Assembly (NCBI RefSeq): GCF_009914755.1
Contig: NC_060938.1
Length of the DNA: 64,000 bases
Reading direction: 5' to 3' (one strand)
DNA from: the human T2T-CHM13v2.0 reference genome, Homo sapiens
In this document: piece by piece, positions 46,182 to 62,418 of the stretch
Numbering within the stretch: position 1 is the stretch's first letter
Layout of the letters: each line of letters opens with the position of its first letter
Program-made: the position numbers and the translations under genes
Notes under the pieces: model-generated
The model's input: only the letters and a program-made list of their open reading frames with translations
What the model was told of the DNA's origin: nothing
The model's database searches: none

Positions 46182-46721
46182 TAATTTTTAGTCCTCCACA
46201 TACAAAAGGCAAGTCTTTATGCCAGGCTTATTGTAAAAACATGTTGGTTATCCCAGAAAACAACTTATGAATTTAAAGTAGCCAATGGAACCCAGAGATA
46301 AAACCTTGTGTGTTGTGAATAATCCTTCAACCATCAGTGGAAAATGTTAGCTCTGCTCTTTCCAAGTGGAAAATTGAAACTGCCTTTTTGAGAGTCAGTT
46401 TGTCTGCTCCACTGTGAAAAAAATAATGTTTTAATATAACAGCTTAAACCACCCTATAGTAAAGACAGCAGAGTAGAACTATGAAATTCAACCCTCTGGT
46501 TATGAGGCTGTTTCACTTATGCTGGAGTAAATTGGCACCAAAGGACAATGAACCAAAATCAAATTCAAGAAGAAAAAAAATAGTTCAAAAAAGAATAACC
46601 ACTGCGGATGCTGGCTTGGAATTCACACAGTATTTCTTTGGGGCTTTCTACAAGAATATTGAGGATCATCACTACAAAACTTAATACCAGTTCTGTGAAT
46701 TCTTTCTTGAAAATATATCTA

Positions 46722-47213
<492 letters not shown>

Positions 47214-47789
47214 TTATCTCATAACTCACAGAAGGCACATCAACAGAACGTCCCCAGATTTATCATCTGAAGGCAGTTTTATTGTGGTTTTTGGACAACA
47301 ACATCTTTAAGGCTCTTGGCCTTATAAAATCTCTCTTTGAAGCATTTATGATTTCATCAGTAATCTGATTGGTATCTGTTCAGATTTCAAAATCCTTTGC
47401 CCCCATCTTCTGTGAGATGTATTCTTTCTTTACCTTAATAACTTTCCACTGTGCCCTCCTTGACAACCCCCAACTCTAAAAGCTCCCTTATTCTTGGGGA
47501 AGAAAAAAAGCTATTACCTTTCAAACTACTGTGATAGTTCTTTCTTTGCCTTAATCACGACACTTTTAAAGTCATTAGTTTCTACTCTTCACGTATATTT
47601 TTCATTACCCATGCATTTTCTTAATGTCTTCTTGTACTCTCTTTATTGAAACTGTTTTCTTGAAATTATCCCTCAGTGGTCAGATCCAAGGCCTTGTCTT
47701 TGTAGTGGGCCTTTCCAGCTCCAGCCTCTTGGAAGCATTTGACATGGAACCCTTTCTTCAGTTGGCCTCCATGGCACTATTTTCTCTTA

Positions 47790-48093
47790 ATTTTCTTTTT
47801 TTTTCTTTTTTGAAATGGAATCTTGCTTTGTCGCCTAGGTTGGAGTGCCGTGGCATGATCTTGGCTCGGTGCAACCTCCACCTCCTGGGTTCAAGTGATT
47901 CTCATACCTCAGCCTCCCAAGTAGCGGAGATTACAGGTGTGTGCCACCACGTCAGGCTAATTTTTGTATTTTTCGTAGAAATGCAGTTTTACTGTGTTGG
48001 CCAGGCTGATCTCGAACTCTTGACCTCAAGTGATCTGCCCACCTCAGCTTCCCAAATTGCTAGGATTGTAGGTGTGAGCCACCATGCCCAGCC
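47790..48093 (-). mobile_element. Alu
   Basis: Reverse Alu; explains ORF 47624..48178. Confidence 0.93.
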
Positions 48094-48588
48094 TATTTTC
48101 TCCTGGTTTTCTGTGTTTCTGGTGTTTCTAACTTTTTTTTTTTTTTTCCTGATACTTCATCATCTTTTCTATCTCTAAATATGAATATTTCTGTATTCTC
48201 TGTCTTCTCACCTTTGATACTTTCATCTGCTTCCACAGTTTTAGTTCCTACTACCTGTCTTTGAATGCTACCTTCCCTAAATAGTGCTATTTGTGTATGT
48301 ACTGTGGTACTTTTACAACTGCTACTTTATTACATAGTTATTTACATACATACTTGATTTAAATTTTCTGATTGCCAGCTGATTGAGGGAAGGGAATAAG
48401 TTTCTTTCATTTTTGTTTTGTCTTTCTGTATGCTTCTTATACCTAACCTTTTTGTTCTGGGTCTTGTTTGTTGAAATGTGTAATATATGTCTTCTTCCAT
48501 CTCTGTTATATAATGCCTTCATAGCTTGTCTTCTGTTGCTTAGCACCATCCCTCCTTTTTTTTTCTCCCACGACTCTTTAATTTATAG

Positions 48589-48948
<360 letters not shown>

Positions 48949-49851
48949 TAGTTAATTCTTAATTCTTATCAAAAGGCATATTCCTTTTGAGCACTGAGAT
49001 GAATCCTAGGCTGTGTGAGTCTGCACGGTTGTTAGTGCCTGTAGAAAGTGGCAAATTGACCATTGGAGAACAAATTTGAGCTGTGGATTGAATGTAATGA
49101 CATATTCTTTCTTGAACGAGTTATACTTTCATCTTTAAAACATTTTATACATTACAGAATTTTACAGTCAAGCCCAAGAAATATACTATTTAATTAGAAT
49201 ATTTTGCAAAGCATTCTATATCCCGGGATCTCAGAATGCATTAAAAATATCATTTTGGGTGTTTGGGTTTGGGAGGTTTGGTCAGTTTGCAGAAGGAAAA
49301 GCTGATAGAAATTTAAATGGCTTTTCTAAAGTTGCATGGAATTGTTGGTAGAATATCAGTGCACCAAACTCATAGCCACAATTTACTCCAGATCTGTTGA
49401 GAATTTTGTTATGTCTTATATAAGTGAAGAATTTATTCAGTATGGAAGCTGGTATAAGAGTACCTTCCAAGATCTGTCTTTCCTCTCCTAATTGGAACAA
49501 AATACTGTGTCTCTGTTGTCATATTGTTAAAGCTACAAGGGTGATCATAGATATTACTAAGCTACTATAAAAACCTCTTTAATCAATGGGCTGTGTAAGT
49601 AGAAAGTAAAAACATGATTAAAATTTACATTCATTCTGCAACTTTTACTTGGGAATTTCAAAATGTTTTACAAAATCATGGCCAAAAGTAATATGTCAAA
49701 TTTATAGGTGGCAAAAGTACATACAAGAATTAAATGTCTTTACTATAAGGACAGATTAACTCAAGGCTATTGAAACTACATGATGAAGTGCATATTTATT
49801 AGGAGTCAGTTTTATCTTGTTGTTTTTCTGTGGGGTTTGGGCACTGGGTAG

Positions 49852-49956
<105 letters not shown>

Positions 49957-50090
49957 TAGTAGACATTCTTGATTGATAAAAGCTGTCTTATTCCATCTTC
50001 CATAATGCTCATTGAGTACCCAGCATTCCTTTGTTTCTGATACATGGATGTGAATGAAATCACTCTTAAAGCCGGGCACAGTGGCACACC

Positions 50091-50200
50091 CCTTTAGTTC
50101 TAGTTACTTGGGAGCCTGAGGCAGGAGGATTGCTTGAGCCCAGGAATTCGAGGCCAGCTTGGGCAACATAGTGAGACCCTGTCTCTAAATGATGAAAAAA
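50091..50200 (+). mobile_element. FLAM-type Alu monomer
   Basis: Single arm GCCGGGCACAGTGGC...GAGACCCTGTCTCTAAA. Confidence 0.85.
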
Positions 50201-52100
50201 GAAATCATTCTCAGAAGGAGAAAAGATTGTATGGGTTTGGCCTCTCCATATCTTAGCCAATTATGTTGCTATTTTCATGGCTTCAGTTATCAAAACATTA
50301 CTGCTGGGTAGCAGGGCTGTAGTTCTCGACAGCCTTCACAGTGCACATCTCTTGAAGTCACATGAGAGCTCTTTGGAAAGTTGAAATTAGAGGCATCTCA
50401 TATTTACTGGGTCTGAATTTGTCCCTGACCTACTCATGGAGTAGAAATGACCACATTTTGCCTACATTGAGTAGGCTGAGGAATTTGCAATTTCTCCACT
50501 CTGTGAGGGTTACACCTAATTTATATAAAATAGAACAAGTTCTTCATGCTTAGGGTTAGCCTTTAGAAATGGAAAATCTCGATATTCATCTCTCTATCTT
50601 GATAAAAGTCAGCCAGGCCATTTTGTCCATTTATGTTGGCTTACAAAGGAAGAGATAACAAAGGCACTTAATTTTAAATCTTGTAAAACTTACACTGGAG
50701 GATTTTTTTCTAAATAGAGAGATGTGCAAAACCATTAAAATAAAATAGGATAAAAAAACAGTAAGCCCCATTACTTAGGCTTCAACTGTCAAAGTCACAA
50801 ATAGGGAGAAAATCAGTAGAAAATCTACCCTATGTTGATTGGTGAAGTTAAATGAGGTAGGGGTAGGAGCTTATCAATCACCAGCATAATATAATCTTTG
50901 TTTAATACCCTTTTCAGACCTCACTATCATGCGCTTTACAGCAAACAAATATATCATTTTGTAGGAGTCCATAATTGTATGGTGTTATTTGTTGACATTT
51001 TTGAGTCTTAAGTAATATGATTGATAAAACAGGTATAGTAACAGCTTCTCTCATCAACGTTATAAAAACAGAAAAGGATTAAAAAAAAAAAACAAAAAAC
51101 AGATTGTGTCCAGAAAATAGCTCTACTTTTTAAAGCTAAAAGATAATTTTCAGGTTTATCCTAAGGATCTTCAAAATCCCTAAAATATATATTTTAAAAA
51201 ACCCAGCCTTTAAAAGAACACTATTTCCCAAGCAAGTCTAACTGGACACTAAAAATGAATTATAACATATTGTTAACTAATTATATAGATGTGGAGATAA
51301 AATGCATTGGAACATAATTACTTCTGATTGGGGATTAGGTGTTGATTGTTGGGAAATAATGTGGTGACGTCAGTTCTTCTTTTATTAAGTTTGGTTTGAG
51401 TACATGGATACTTTTCAGGGCTGGTAAATTCAAATACTTGCTGGAGTCAGACAGGAAAACATAAATTATGAAGTGGGCAAAGGATAAGACAGATATAAAG
51501 CAGCTTGTATTTTGACCAACCGTAACCTTTGCCTTTCAGTATTCTGTGAAGGGCCAAATAAAACACACTGACAGGCAAAGGTTTGCACCCTCAGCTGTAG
51601 ATCTTTGATAGTCACTTGAGAGACTTATCTTGTGGCATTTGGCTACTTTGAAGACTTTAGGGTTTACGCTGAGATTCATAAAGGTGGTTTCTAGGTTCTG
51701 GTTAGAGTGTGTTTTCTGAAGATGGGATATAGGTTCTCTGTGATAATGCAGGCATTCTTCACTTAATAGCCACTTTCCTAGAACGTAGCCAAGCTTCAAG
51801 AAAAAGAAAAAGAAAAGAAAAAGGCCATTGAGAAGCTGCTACAGATGTTAAAGTCCATGTGTGATATGTTCAATAGAAGAATCCACTAGCCTCTCATCTG
51901 TTTCCTTATACTTTCTATTTTGTGGCTGTTCATAAAGAGCATATAATTTCAGTAATTTGAAGTGATTTAGAGATGATATACTTTAGTCTCGTGCATTATA
52001 TAGATGGTTAGGGAATTCTATGGTTATTGGTGGATTTCCTTATTTCTGACATAGGCAATGAAAATGACAAGTGGCTCTTTAAGTGAAGGTACTTCAATTA

Positions 52101-52466
52101 TCTAGAAGTGAGCTGAACAAACTGTAAAGGTCCAGATAATAAACATTTCAGACTCTGTGGGCTACATATGGGTGGTGGTGGTGGTGGTTGTTGTCTTGTT
52201 ATTGTTGTTTTGCATATTCTTTAAAAATATTTTAAAAAATTTTTGGCTGGGGGCCATAAAAACAAGTCGCTGGTCAGGTTTAGCCCACAGTGTGTAGTTG
52301 TTTGCCGCCTGTTCTAGAATGTGGCTGTCCAATAGAACTTTTTGTGGGTGACTACTGAACACTTGAAGTGTGGCTAGTTTACGGAAAAGAATCTTTAATT
52401 TAATTTGAATTTAAATAGTCACATATGACTGAGTAGTCGCTACCATATTAGACAGTGTAGATCTAG
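52101..52466. mobile_element. Adjacent hAT-Charlie relics (MER58-like, then MER3/MER33-like)
   Basis: Both delimited by TCTAGA target sites; the second has CTGTCCAATAGAACTTT...CCATATTAGACAG terminal repeats. Confidence 0.6.
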
Positions 52467-52554
52467 AAAATTCACTGCGGGATGAATAAAGCCTTATGCT
52501 TTAAATTTTTTAGATTGCTTTCATTTATATTTTATTTTAACCACCTATTAATAG

Positions 52555-52821
<267 letters not shown>

Positions 52822-54695
52822 TAATGAACGAAAAATAAGAAGAACAAGTGAAGAAATGAGAAATGCAAAGGAGAATGAGGAATAATGTGTTGGCTAAGCA
52901 CTAATAGTCCCCAAGGTAATGAGACTTTGCAGCTTGGGGAGGGAGTGGAGAATGGGGGACAGTACTTTTTGTCCTAAAAGCAGAAGAAGGGCATGGTCTG
53001 ATTTTTTTTCAAGATAATTAACAGCAGAGAGATTTTCAAGAAAAGCTAATAATAGCTGATATTTAGTGAACACTTATCTTTCTGTCTGCTGGACATGGTC
53101 TTATTTTTTACTTCCCAAAACCATATAGAGTGGGCACTACTACAGAACCTCTTTACAGATGAGAAAATAAGCTAAAAGAGACTGAGTAACTTGCCCAAGG
53201 TTATTCTTTATCGTGCAGGGACAAGGAATTTGATACATAGCCTGCCTGACTCAAAGTTTGTGCTCTTAATATATTCTTCTGTCTCTCTTAATGATTATTT
53301 CTGACTCTTGTCAAGTTTGTTACTTTCTCTAACTTAACATCATTGGCATTTTGGGCAGGAGAATTCTTTGTCGTGTGGGGCTGTTCCATACCTGGTGGGA
53401 AGTCTAATATACTTGGTTCCAAGCCTGACATGCCATTAGCTTCCGCCAGCCATTGTGATAATCCAGAATGCCCCTACATGTTTCTAAAACTTCTTACTGC
53501 TGGGGGATTCCATGGTTGGGGATTTTGGAATTGAATATGGATGTGGCTGTCTAGCTCACGTCACCATGATAAAAAAAAATAGCAGTGACATTCTGTTACA
53601 AACAAAGCTCTGTGCTTTAAATGTAAAATTAACTTAAAACCTAGATGGAAGCCTAAGGCATAGGTAATCAACCTACTGATGTTGTCAGTGTGCTAAGTAC
53701 TAGATTCAAAGATGGAGACTTCTTCCCTGCTCTTAAGTTATGATAATCTAATATGGAAATAGCCAGGAAGATTGGTCATTTAAAATGTGGAATGAATTTT
53801 CCCAAAGAAACAGTGTTAATCTTTTAAAAACTGATTTGGTTCATAGGCCAATCCACATAAGCCTGTTTAACTCATGGTATGATTGAATTATTGTATTACT
53901 GGAAGTCCTGAATCCAGCCCTTTTCTTTGAGTTTTTCTAACTTCATTCACCTGTTCATTCATTCTTTCTATACTTTTTTTTACTTAGCACCTATTATGTG
54001 TTAGGCATTTTCATGGTTGCTAGGGATACAATGACCAGGACTGTCACAGTCTTTAACTTTATAAAGTTTATTGTCTGGTAGGTAAAAGTCAGGTGAGTGA
54101 ATAGAATAAGAAAGCTGGCAGAAGCTCTGAAAAACTCCTATAAGAGTTTTGGCTAAGGGAGACAAAGGAATTCTTGTAATAAGGTTGGAATAGAGAAAAG
54201 CGTGCTAATTTGGGGAGGTAGGGGCCTAGATGGACATTCATCTAGTAACTTCTCCCCTGGCAGTAATGTGGAAGCCCTAACAGCATGTGGTGGCGACATC
54301 TTTTATACTGATAGGTCATTCAAAATTCTAGGGTTTGTGTTTTAAGGACTACCTTTACATAAGATCCATACCTGTGTAAACTTGTTAAGGATAACTGGCC
54401 GGCGGGGGCAGTAGGAAGACGTCAATCAAGGAAACAACATTATGACATTTGATAGTATAGTATCTGGAGTCATTTCAAACATGAACAAACAAGTGTGTGA
54501 CAGTGTTACCACTGCTATTGGCGATGGAGGGGAGAAAATTCGTATGTCTTTATTCTTTCACTCTGAAAGATGATCTATAAAATGGCCTTTCTTAAGTTTT
54601 TGTATGATTCTAGCCCTTGACAAAGATTTTGGAATATTTTTATATATGATTAGCTCTGGCTATTCTGTTTCAAAATTCTGTAGTGGAAAAAATTA

Positions 54696-55127
<432 letters not shown>

Positions 55128-55560
55128 TTATGCCAAGAAATAGTGGGACCGCTCTTGCTGTCTCGGGGTAGCTTCGCTGCTCCATATATATTGTAACTTC
55201 TTGGCTCCAGGGGCTACCACCAACCAGCGTGATCTCTTAGAACCCTCAGTCTGAATTCCTGGCATAAATCTGACTGCCCTTATTATTATTATTATTTTTC
55301 CAGATAAGCCCTAGCTTGTTGGCTGTCCGTGGATGGCTGCCCTGGGTTTAGGTACCGTTCGCCAGTTCAGTTAACTGTAGCTGGGATTGGGAATAGCTGG
55401 GAATCATTTAATTGGTTGCCTACTCCTTAGGGCTGTGGGTGTCTTCATCTTTGGAAAAGTGTGATGAGACGTGCCATGTTTCCCAGCATTGATTAGCAGT
55501 TGTGTTATATTTTTGGGAATAAAATTATGTATAGAACAGCGGACTTGCAATTGATTATAA

Positions 55561-55683
<123 letters not shown>

Positions 55684-56178
55684 TGATTTCAAACCTACCT
55701 AGATTTGCTGCTCTCTGATAATTTCCTAAAAGAAGGAAATAGTCATCAGATATTAAATATTTCTAAAGCATGGAACATTACCCCAAAGAAATATTTTTCT
55801 TTTTCCTTTTCCCTTAGAATTTTCTCTTATCTATTGATAAGCTATTTTCCTTCCAAAGACTTTTTCGTTTTCTTAAGTTTAGAAATTCTAAGTGCATTCT
55901 TTGTTCCTAGAAGGGTGAAAAGAAGGGGGAGAGGAATTAGCTGTTGCTAGTGGAGACTTCATCTTGATGTCCTAACATGTGTAAGACATGCCTGCTCTGT
56001 TTCATAGAGGTAGTCCCAACTCCAGCTTTTAGAAAGGAATAAAAGTAAATTCCTATTTCTGTTGCCAGGTTGTTTCTGGTAGGCAAAAATCATTAAGTTT
56101 ATGATGAACACTCATTAAAGTCTGTATTTTTCATGATTTCTGTTTCATGCCAAGATTATTGTGATGTTTATGTTTTAA

Positions 56179-56640
<462 letters not shown>

Positions 56641-57099
56641 TGAGAGAACGAAAGACAGTCCACAATGTGAGCTCCTCCCCAGCCCCAATAAAGAAAGGAT
56701 GTCATCTCTTCCCTTTGCCTTTTTTTAAATTTTGAAATGGAAATGGACACACACTGCATTGTTCTGACGTGACTAAAGAAGACTTTTGCATTGCATCCAG
56801 TAGCATGCCTTCATTGACACAAAGGGAAACAGGACTTCTTTTAGGTACTGGAGATAAAGAGATGAATCTGACAAGGCTTCTGTTCACTAGGAGCCTACAG
56901 CCTAGTCAAGAGATTTCCTGTCACAGATAACCATCTATGAGTGTGCTATATGCATTCTCTGTGCTTCAAATAGTTATTCCCAACATCAGACAAGTTAGTT
57001 TTTAGGCAAGAATGACCTGAATAAATAACCAAAGAATTCTTAGAATAGGTTATATCATTTTAACTGAAATAGACCTATAGTGTCAAGTTTGTCCTCCAT

Positions 57100-59060
57100 T
57101 TTTTAATAACAGCTTTATTGAGATATAATTTACATTCTATCAAATTCACCCTTTTAAAATGTACAATTCAGTAATTCAGTGGTTATATATATATCTATCT
57201 TCACAGACTTGTACATTCGACACCAGTATCTAATTTTAGAACATTTTCATCATCTCCAAAAGAAACCCCATACCTGTTAGCAGCCACGGTCTGTTTCTTC
57301 CTCCCCCAAGCCCCTGGCAACCACTGATCTACTTCTCTGTTTTTACAGATTTGTCTATTCTGGACATTTTTATATAAGTAAAATCATATAATAGGTAGTC
57401 TTTTGTGAATGGCTGCTTTCTATTCTGGACATTGTATATAAGTAAAATCATAATAGGTGGTCTTTTGTGAATGGCTGCTTTCACTTAGCATAATGTTTTT
57501 CAGGTTCATCCACGTTGTAGTAGGAACTTCATTCCCTTTATGGCTGAATAATATTCCATTGTATGGATATACCACAATTTGTTTAGCCATTAGTTGAGGG
57601 GCATTTGATTTGTTTATACCTTTTGGCCATTATGAATAATGCTGCTATGAACATTTGTTTGTAAGTTTTCGTGTGGACATATGTTTTTATTTCTCTTGAG
57701 TGTATAGCTAGAGTGGAATTGTTGGTTCATATGATAACTTTTTGTATTTCCTCTTTTTGAGGAACTTCTAAACTGTTTTCCAAAGTCGCTGTGCCCTTTT
57801 ACTAACAGCAATGTTTGAGGGTTCCAGTTTCTCCCTGTCCTTGCCAAAACTATGAGTTGTCTCTGTTTTTGATTTTCACATCCTAATGGGTATGAAATAG
57901 TATCTCTTTTTTGTGGTTATGATTTGCATTTCCCTAATGGCTAATGATGTTGAATATCTTTTCATTTGCTTATTGGATTTTTGTATATCTTCTTTGGAGG
58001 AATGTCTATTTAAATTATTTGCCCTTTTTAAAATTCATATGTTTTCCTTTTTATTGTTGAATGTAAATGTTCTTTATATACTCTAGATAAAAACCCTTTG
58101 TCAGATAGGATTTATAAATATTTTTTCCCTACTTGATGGTTATCTTTTCACTTTCTTGAAGCACAAAAGTTTTAGATTTTAATGATGTCCAGTTTATCTG
58201 TTTTTTTTCTATTGTCACTTGTGCTTTTGGTATCATGTCTGGAATACTGTTGCCTAATCAAGTGTCACAGAGATTTCCTCCTTTTTTTTTTTTTTTTTTT
58301 TTTTGAGACGGATTGTTGCTGTGCCGCCAGGCTGGAGTGCAGTGGCACGATCTCGGCCCACTGCATCTTCCACCTCCAGGTTCAAGCGATTCTCTTGCCT
58401 CAGCCTCCCGAGTAGTTGGGACTACAGGCACATGCCACCATGCTCAGCTAATTTTTGTAGTTTTAGTAGAGGTGGGGTTTCACCATGTTGGCCAGGATGG
58501 TCTCGATCTCTTGACCTTGTGATCCACCCACCTTGGCCTCCCCAAAGTGCTGGGATTACAGGCGTGAGCCACTGCGCCCGGCCCCTCCTATGTTTTATAG
58601 TTTAGACTCTTACATTTAGGTCTTTTGTCCATTTTCAGTTAATTGTCCTGCATGGTATGATGTAGGGGTCTAACTTCATTCTTCTGCATGTGGATATTCA
58701 GTTAAATCAGCATCATTTGTGGAAAAGAGTATTGTTTCCCCATGGGATTGTCTTGGCACTCTTCTCAAAAATCAATTAATTATAAATGTAAAAGTTTATT
58801 TTTAAGGCCTCAGTTTTATTCCATTGATCTATATGTCTGACCTTATGCCAATATCACATTGTCTTGATTGCTACAGCATTATAGTAAGTTTTGAAATCAC
58901 CAAGGATGATTGTTCCAACTTCACTCTTCTTTTTCAAGATTGTTTAGGCTGTTCTGGATCCCTTGCATTTTCATATGAATTTTAGGATCAGCTTGTCAAT
59001 TTCCTCAAGAAAAGGCAGATGGGATTTTGATAGGATTATTATCTGTGGATCAGTTTGGGG
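57100..59060 (-). mobile_element. Antisense L1 (L1MB-like) 3' portion
   Basis: Starts with L1 3' end AACAGCTTTATTGAGATATAATTTAC and continues into antisense ORF2. Confidence 0.88.
58282..58583 (-). mobile_element. Alu (Sc-like) inside L1
   Basis: Reverse Alu with poly(T). Confidence 0.94.
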
Positions 59061-59955
59061 ACTATCTTAACATCAGTCAAGATTTAAACACTAGTAATAG
59101 CTATGTTAAGGTGAGTTACAGCTAAGACATGTTTTATAAATAGCCAGTCTATATTTCTTAATACCTGTTTTCAAATGAAATGGATATTTTAATATGCAGC
59201 TTGAGTCAGAGATATTAAATGGTCCACTTTAATAAGTCATAAATATGAATATATACATATGTATATATCTGCTAATTCTGGGTGATCTTGTTCTTGTGAT
59301 TTAATTTTCTAAAATCGGTAATAATAATGATCAATAATGTTCTAGTTTGAACTATTTTTTCCCCATGTAAGAAATTCAGTAAGATGAATGTCTTCAGTGG
59401 CCTGTGTTATCATAAAAACTTTTTCAAAACCCTCCCTTTTGATCCTTTCCAAGAGAATGATAGTGAACAAAAGAAGTTGGTGAGTTCATAAATATTTTCT
59501 GATATCTATTGTGATTTCTTTTTTGACTCTTGGATTATTTATAAATATATTGTTTAATTTTCAGGTAGTTGGGATTCTTTATTTTTGTAATTGGTTTTTA
59601 GCTTATTTCCACTGTGGTCAGAGAACATAATCTGAATGGATTAAACAGTAGTAGATGACAATATGCGGACAAAAATATATAATTGACAACAGCCTGTAAT
59701 TGATTGGAGTTAAATTTTTCTGTGGTAATTGAGTGATTTTGGAATAGGAGTAAGATTTTATTTAACTCTATAGACTTTTTAAAGTTAAATATACAGCATC
59801 AAATTTCAAAGGTCATCACTAAAAGAATAAAAGTATAAATTCTAATGGGGAGAAGAAAAATGAATTGTGGATAAAAAACATGCAGAAACTTAGGTGTATG
59901 CAAGCAAGAAGCATAGAAAAAGCAAGATAAATAGAAATTTAAAACATAGTAAATT

Positions 59956-60326
<371 letters not shown>

Positions 60327-61120
60327 TTAAAGTTTAAAAAAATCCAACTATATGCTGTTTACCAGAGGCACACCTAAGTTTCAGGACACAGAACGTTTAA
60401 AAGTAAAAAATTGAAAAAAGAAATACGAGATGAGTACTAACCAGAAGAAAGTTGGTATGGTTGCATTAATATATGCTGAAATAGGCTTGAAGATATAAAA
60501 CTTTCTTACAGATAAAGAGTAACTACATAATGACAAAAGGTTCAGTTCAGTCAAAAGTTAAACAATTCTAAAAGTGTCTGCACCTCATAAAATAGCCTCC
60601 AAATATGTAACACAAAAATGGAAACAACCACATGAAGAATGTATAAATCCACTATCTTAGTGGGTGATTTCCACATACTTCTATTAATTATTAATACACT
60701 AAACAGATTTTTAAAATGCAGAAAGGATAAAGAGGATTTGAACAAGATGATAAGATTATTTATTGATAATATATAGGACCGTGTACCCAATAATTAGACA
60801 AAACGCCTCAAGCGTACATGATATATTTATAAAAATCTGTCATACCCTACATCATAAACAAGAGAACAAATTGCAGAGACTTGGTATCACACAGCCACAT
60901 TCTTTGTCCACATTGCAATTAAGTTGAAAGTCAGTAACAAAAAGATATAGAAGAAACCCCCATGTATTTCAAAATTTAAGAGTCAAAGAAGAAATCCTGA
61001 TGGAAGTAAATTATTAAGTTTTAGAACTGAATGATAATGAAAAAGCTGTATGTCCAAATAAGTAGAGAGCAATGCAAGTCAGTATTTGAAGGGAAATTTA
61101 CTGGCTTAAATAATTATAGT

Positions 61121-61262
61121 TGGTGTGCACCTGTAGTCCAAGCTCCCTAGGAGGCTGAGGTGGGAGGATTGCTTGAGCGCAGGAGTTCGAGACCAGTCTG
61201 GGCAACATAGCGAGATCCCATCTCTAAAAATAAATAAATAAATAAGTAAATAAGTAAATAAA
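61121..61262 (+). mobile_element. FLAM-type Alu monomer with (AAAT)n tail
   Basis: Single Alu arm. Confidence 0.85.
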
Positions 61263-62386
61263 AACTTATATTTGAAAAGAAGACAGGCTGGAAATTAATG
61301 TGCTAAATGTCTGGCTTTAGACATTATAAAAACAACAGTATCATAAATCTAAATAAAGGATAAAGAAATATAAAGATAAGAGCAATAATTATAGAATTCA
61401 AAAATAAGGCACAGTAGAGGGTGGCAAAGCCAAAAGTGATTTTTTGAAAAGCCTAATAAAATGGACAAACCTCTGATGACACCTATCAAGAAAAAAGAGA
61501 AGACATGGATAAATAATATAAGGAGTAGAAAAGCAGACATAGAAAATATAAATACACCCAAAATGACAAAAATAATGTAATCTTAACTTTATTCCAATAA
61601 AATTGAAAGCTTACATAAAATGGACCAAACTCATACAAACTATAACTTATGTAAAAATGACTCAAGAAGATGAAGAAAGTCTGAATAGTCCTATAAGTAT
61701 TTTAAAAAGTGATACAGTAGTTGAAAGTCTTAAAGAAAACATAAGGCCTAGATTTATGGGTAAGTTCTAATCTTTCAAAAGGTAGATAATTTCAATATAT
61801 TTTTAAAAAAACTCTTCTGGAGTGTGGAAAAAGAGAATTTTCCTCAACTTATTCTGTATGGCTAGTTTTATCTTAATAATACAAACAGTTAAGGACAGTA
61901 TTAAAAAGGAAAATTACAGACTGGCTTTATTTATTAACACAAATGCAAAAATTTGAATCAAAATAAAAGCCAATCAACTCTAGCAACATCTAAAAGAGGT
62001 AGTACACCATGAGCAAGTTTATTCAAGGAATGTAAGAGGGGTTTAACATTAGTAAACCTATAAATATCATTTGCCATGTAAATATAATAAAGAAAAAACC
62101 GTATTCTTCATCATGGTACATGCAGAAAAAGAATTCGATAAAATTCTGCACTCATTCATGATGATAACTCTCAGCTCATTAGGAAGAGAAGGAGATTCTC
62201 TTAAAAAAAGGGTATTTGCCAAAAACCTGCAAGAGCTATCAGCCTAAATACGGAAATGTTGAAAGCATTCTCTTTAACATTGAGAACAAGTAAGGATGCC
62301 CATTAACATTCCTTCTGTCCAGTGTTTTACTGGAGATCAGAACCAACATAGTAAGATAAGAAAAAGAAATTATAAGCATAAGGATC

Positions 62387-62418
62387 ATCCCTTCTTAGCC
62401 TTTTGGCTAAGATCAAGT
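62387..62418 (+). pseudogene. 3'-truncated (tailless) U2 snRNA retrocopy
   Basis: ATCCCTTCTTAGCCTTTTGGCTAAGATCAAGT matches U2 nt 1-32 (ATCGCTTCTCGGCCTTTTGGCTAAGATCAAGT) with 3 mismatches; flanked by the perfect 16-bp direct repeat TATAAGCATAAGGATC. Confidence 0.92.

Noticed and set aside
48544-48588. Upstream AG 45 nt before exon 22 as an in-frame extension
   Set aside because: The extension ends in an in-frame TAG, and there is no other evidence that it is used.
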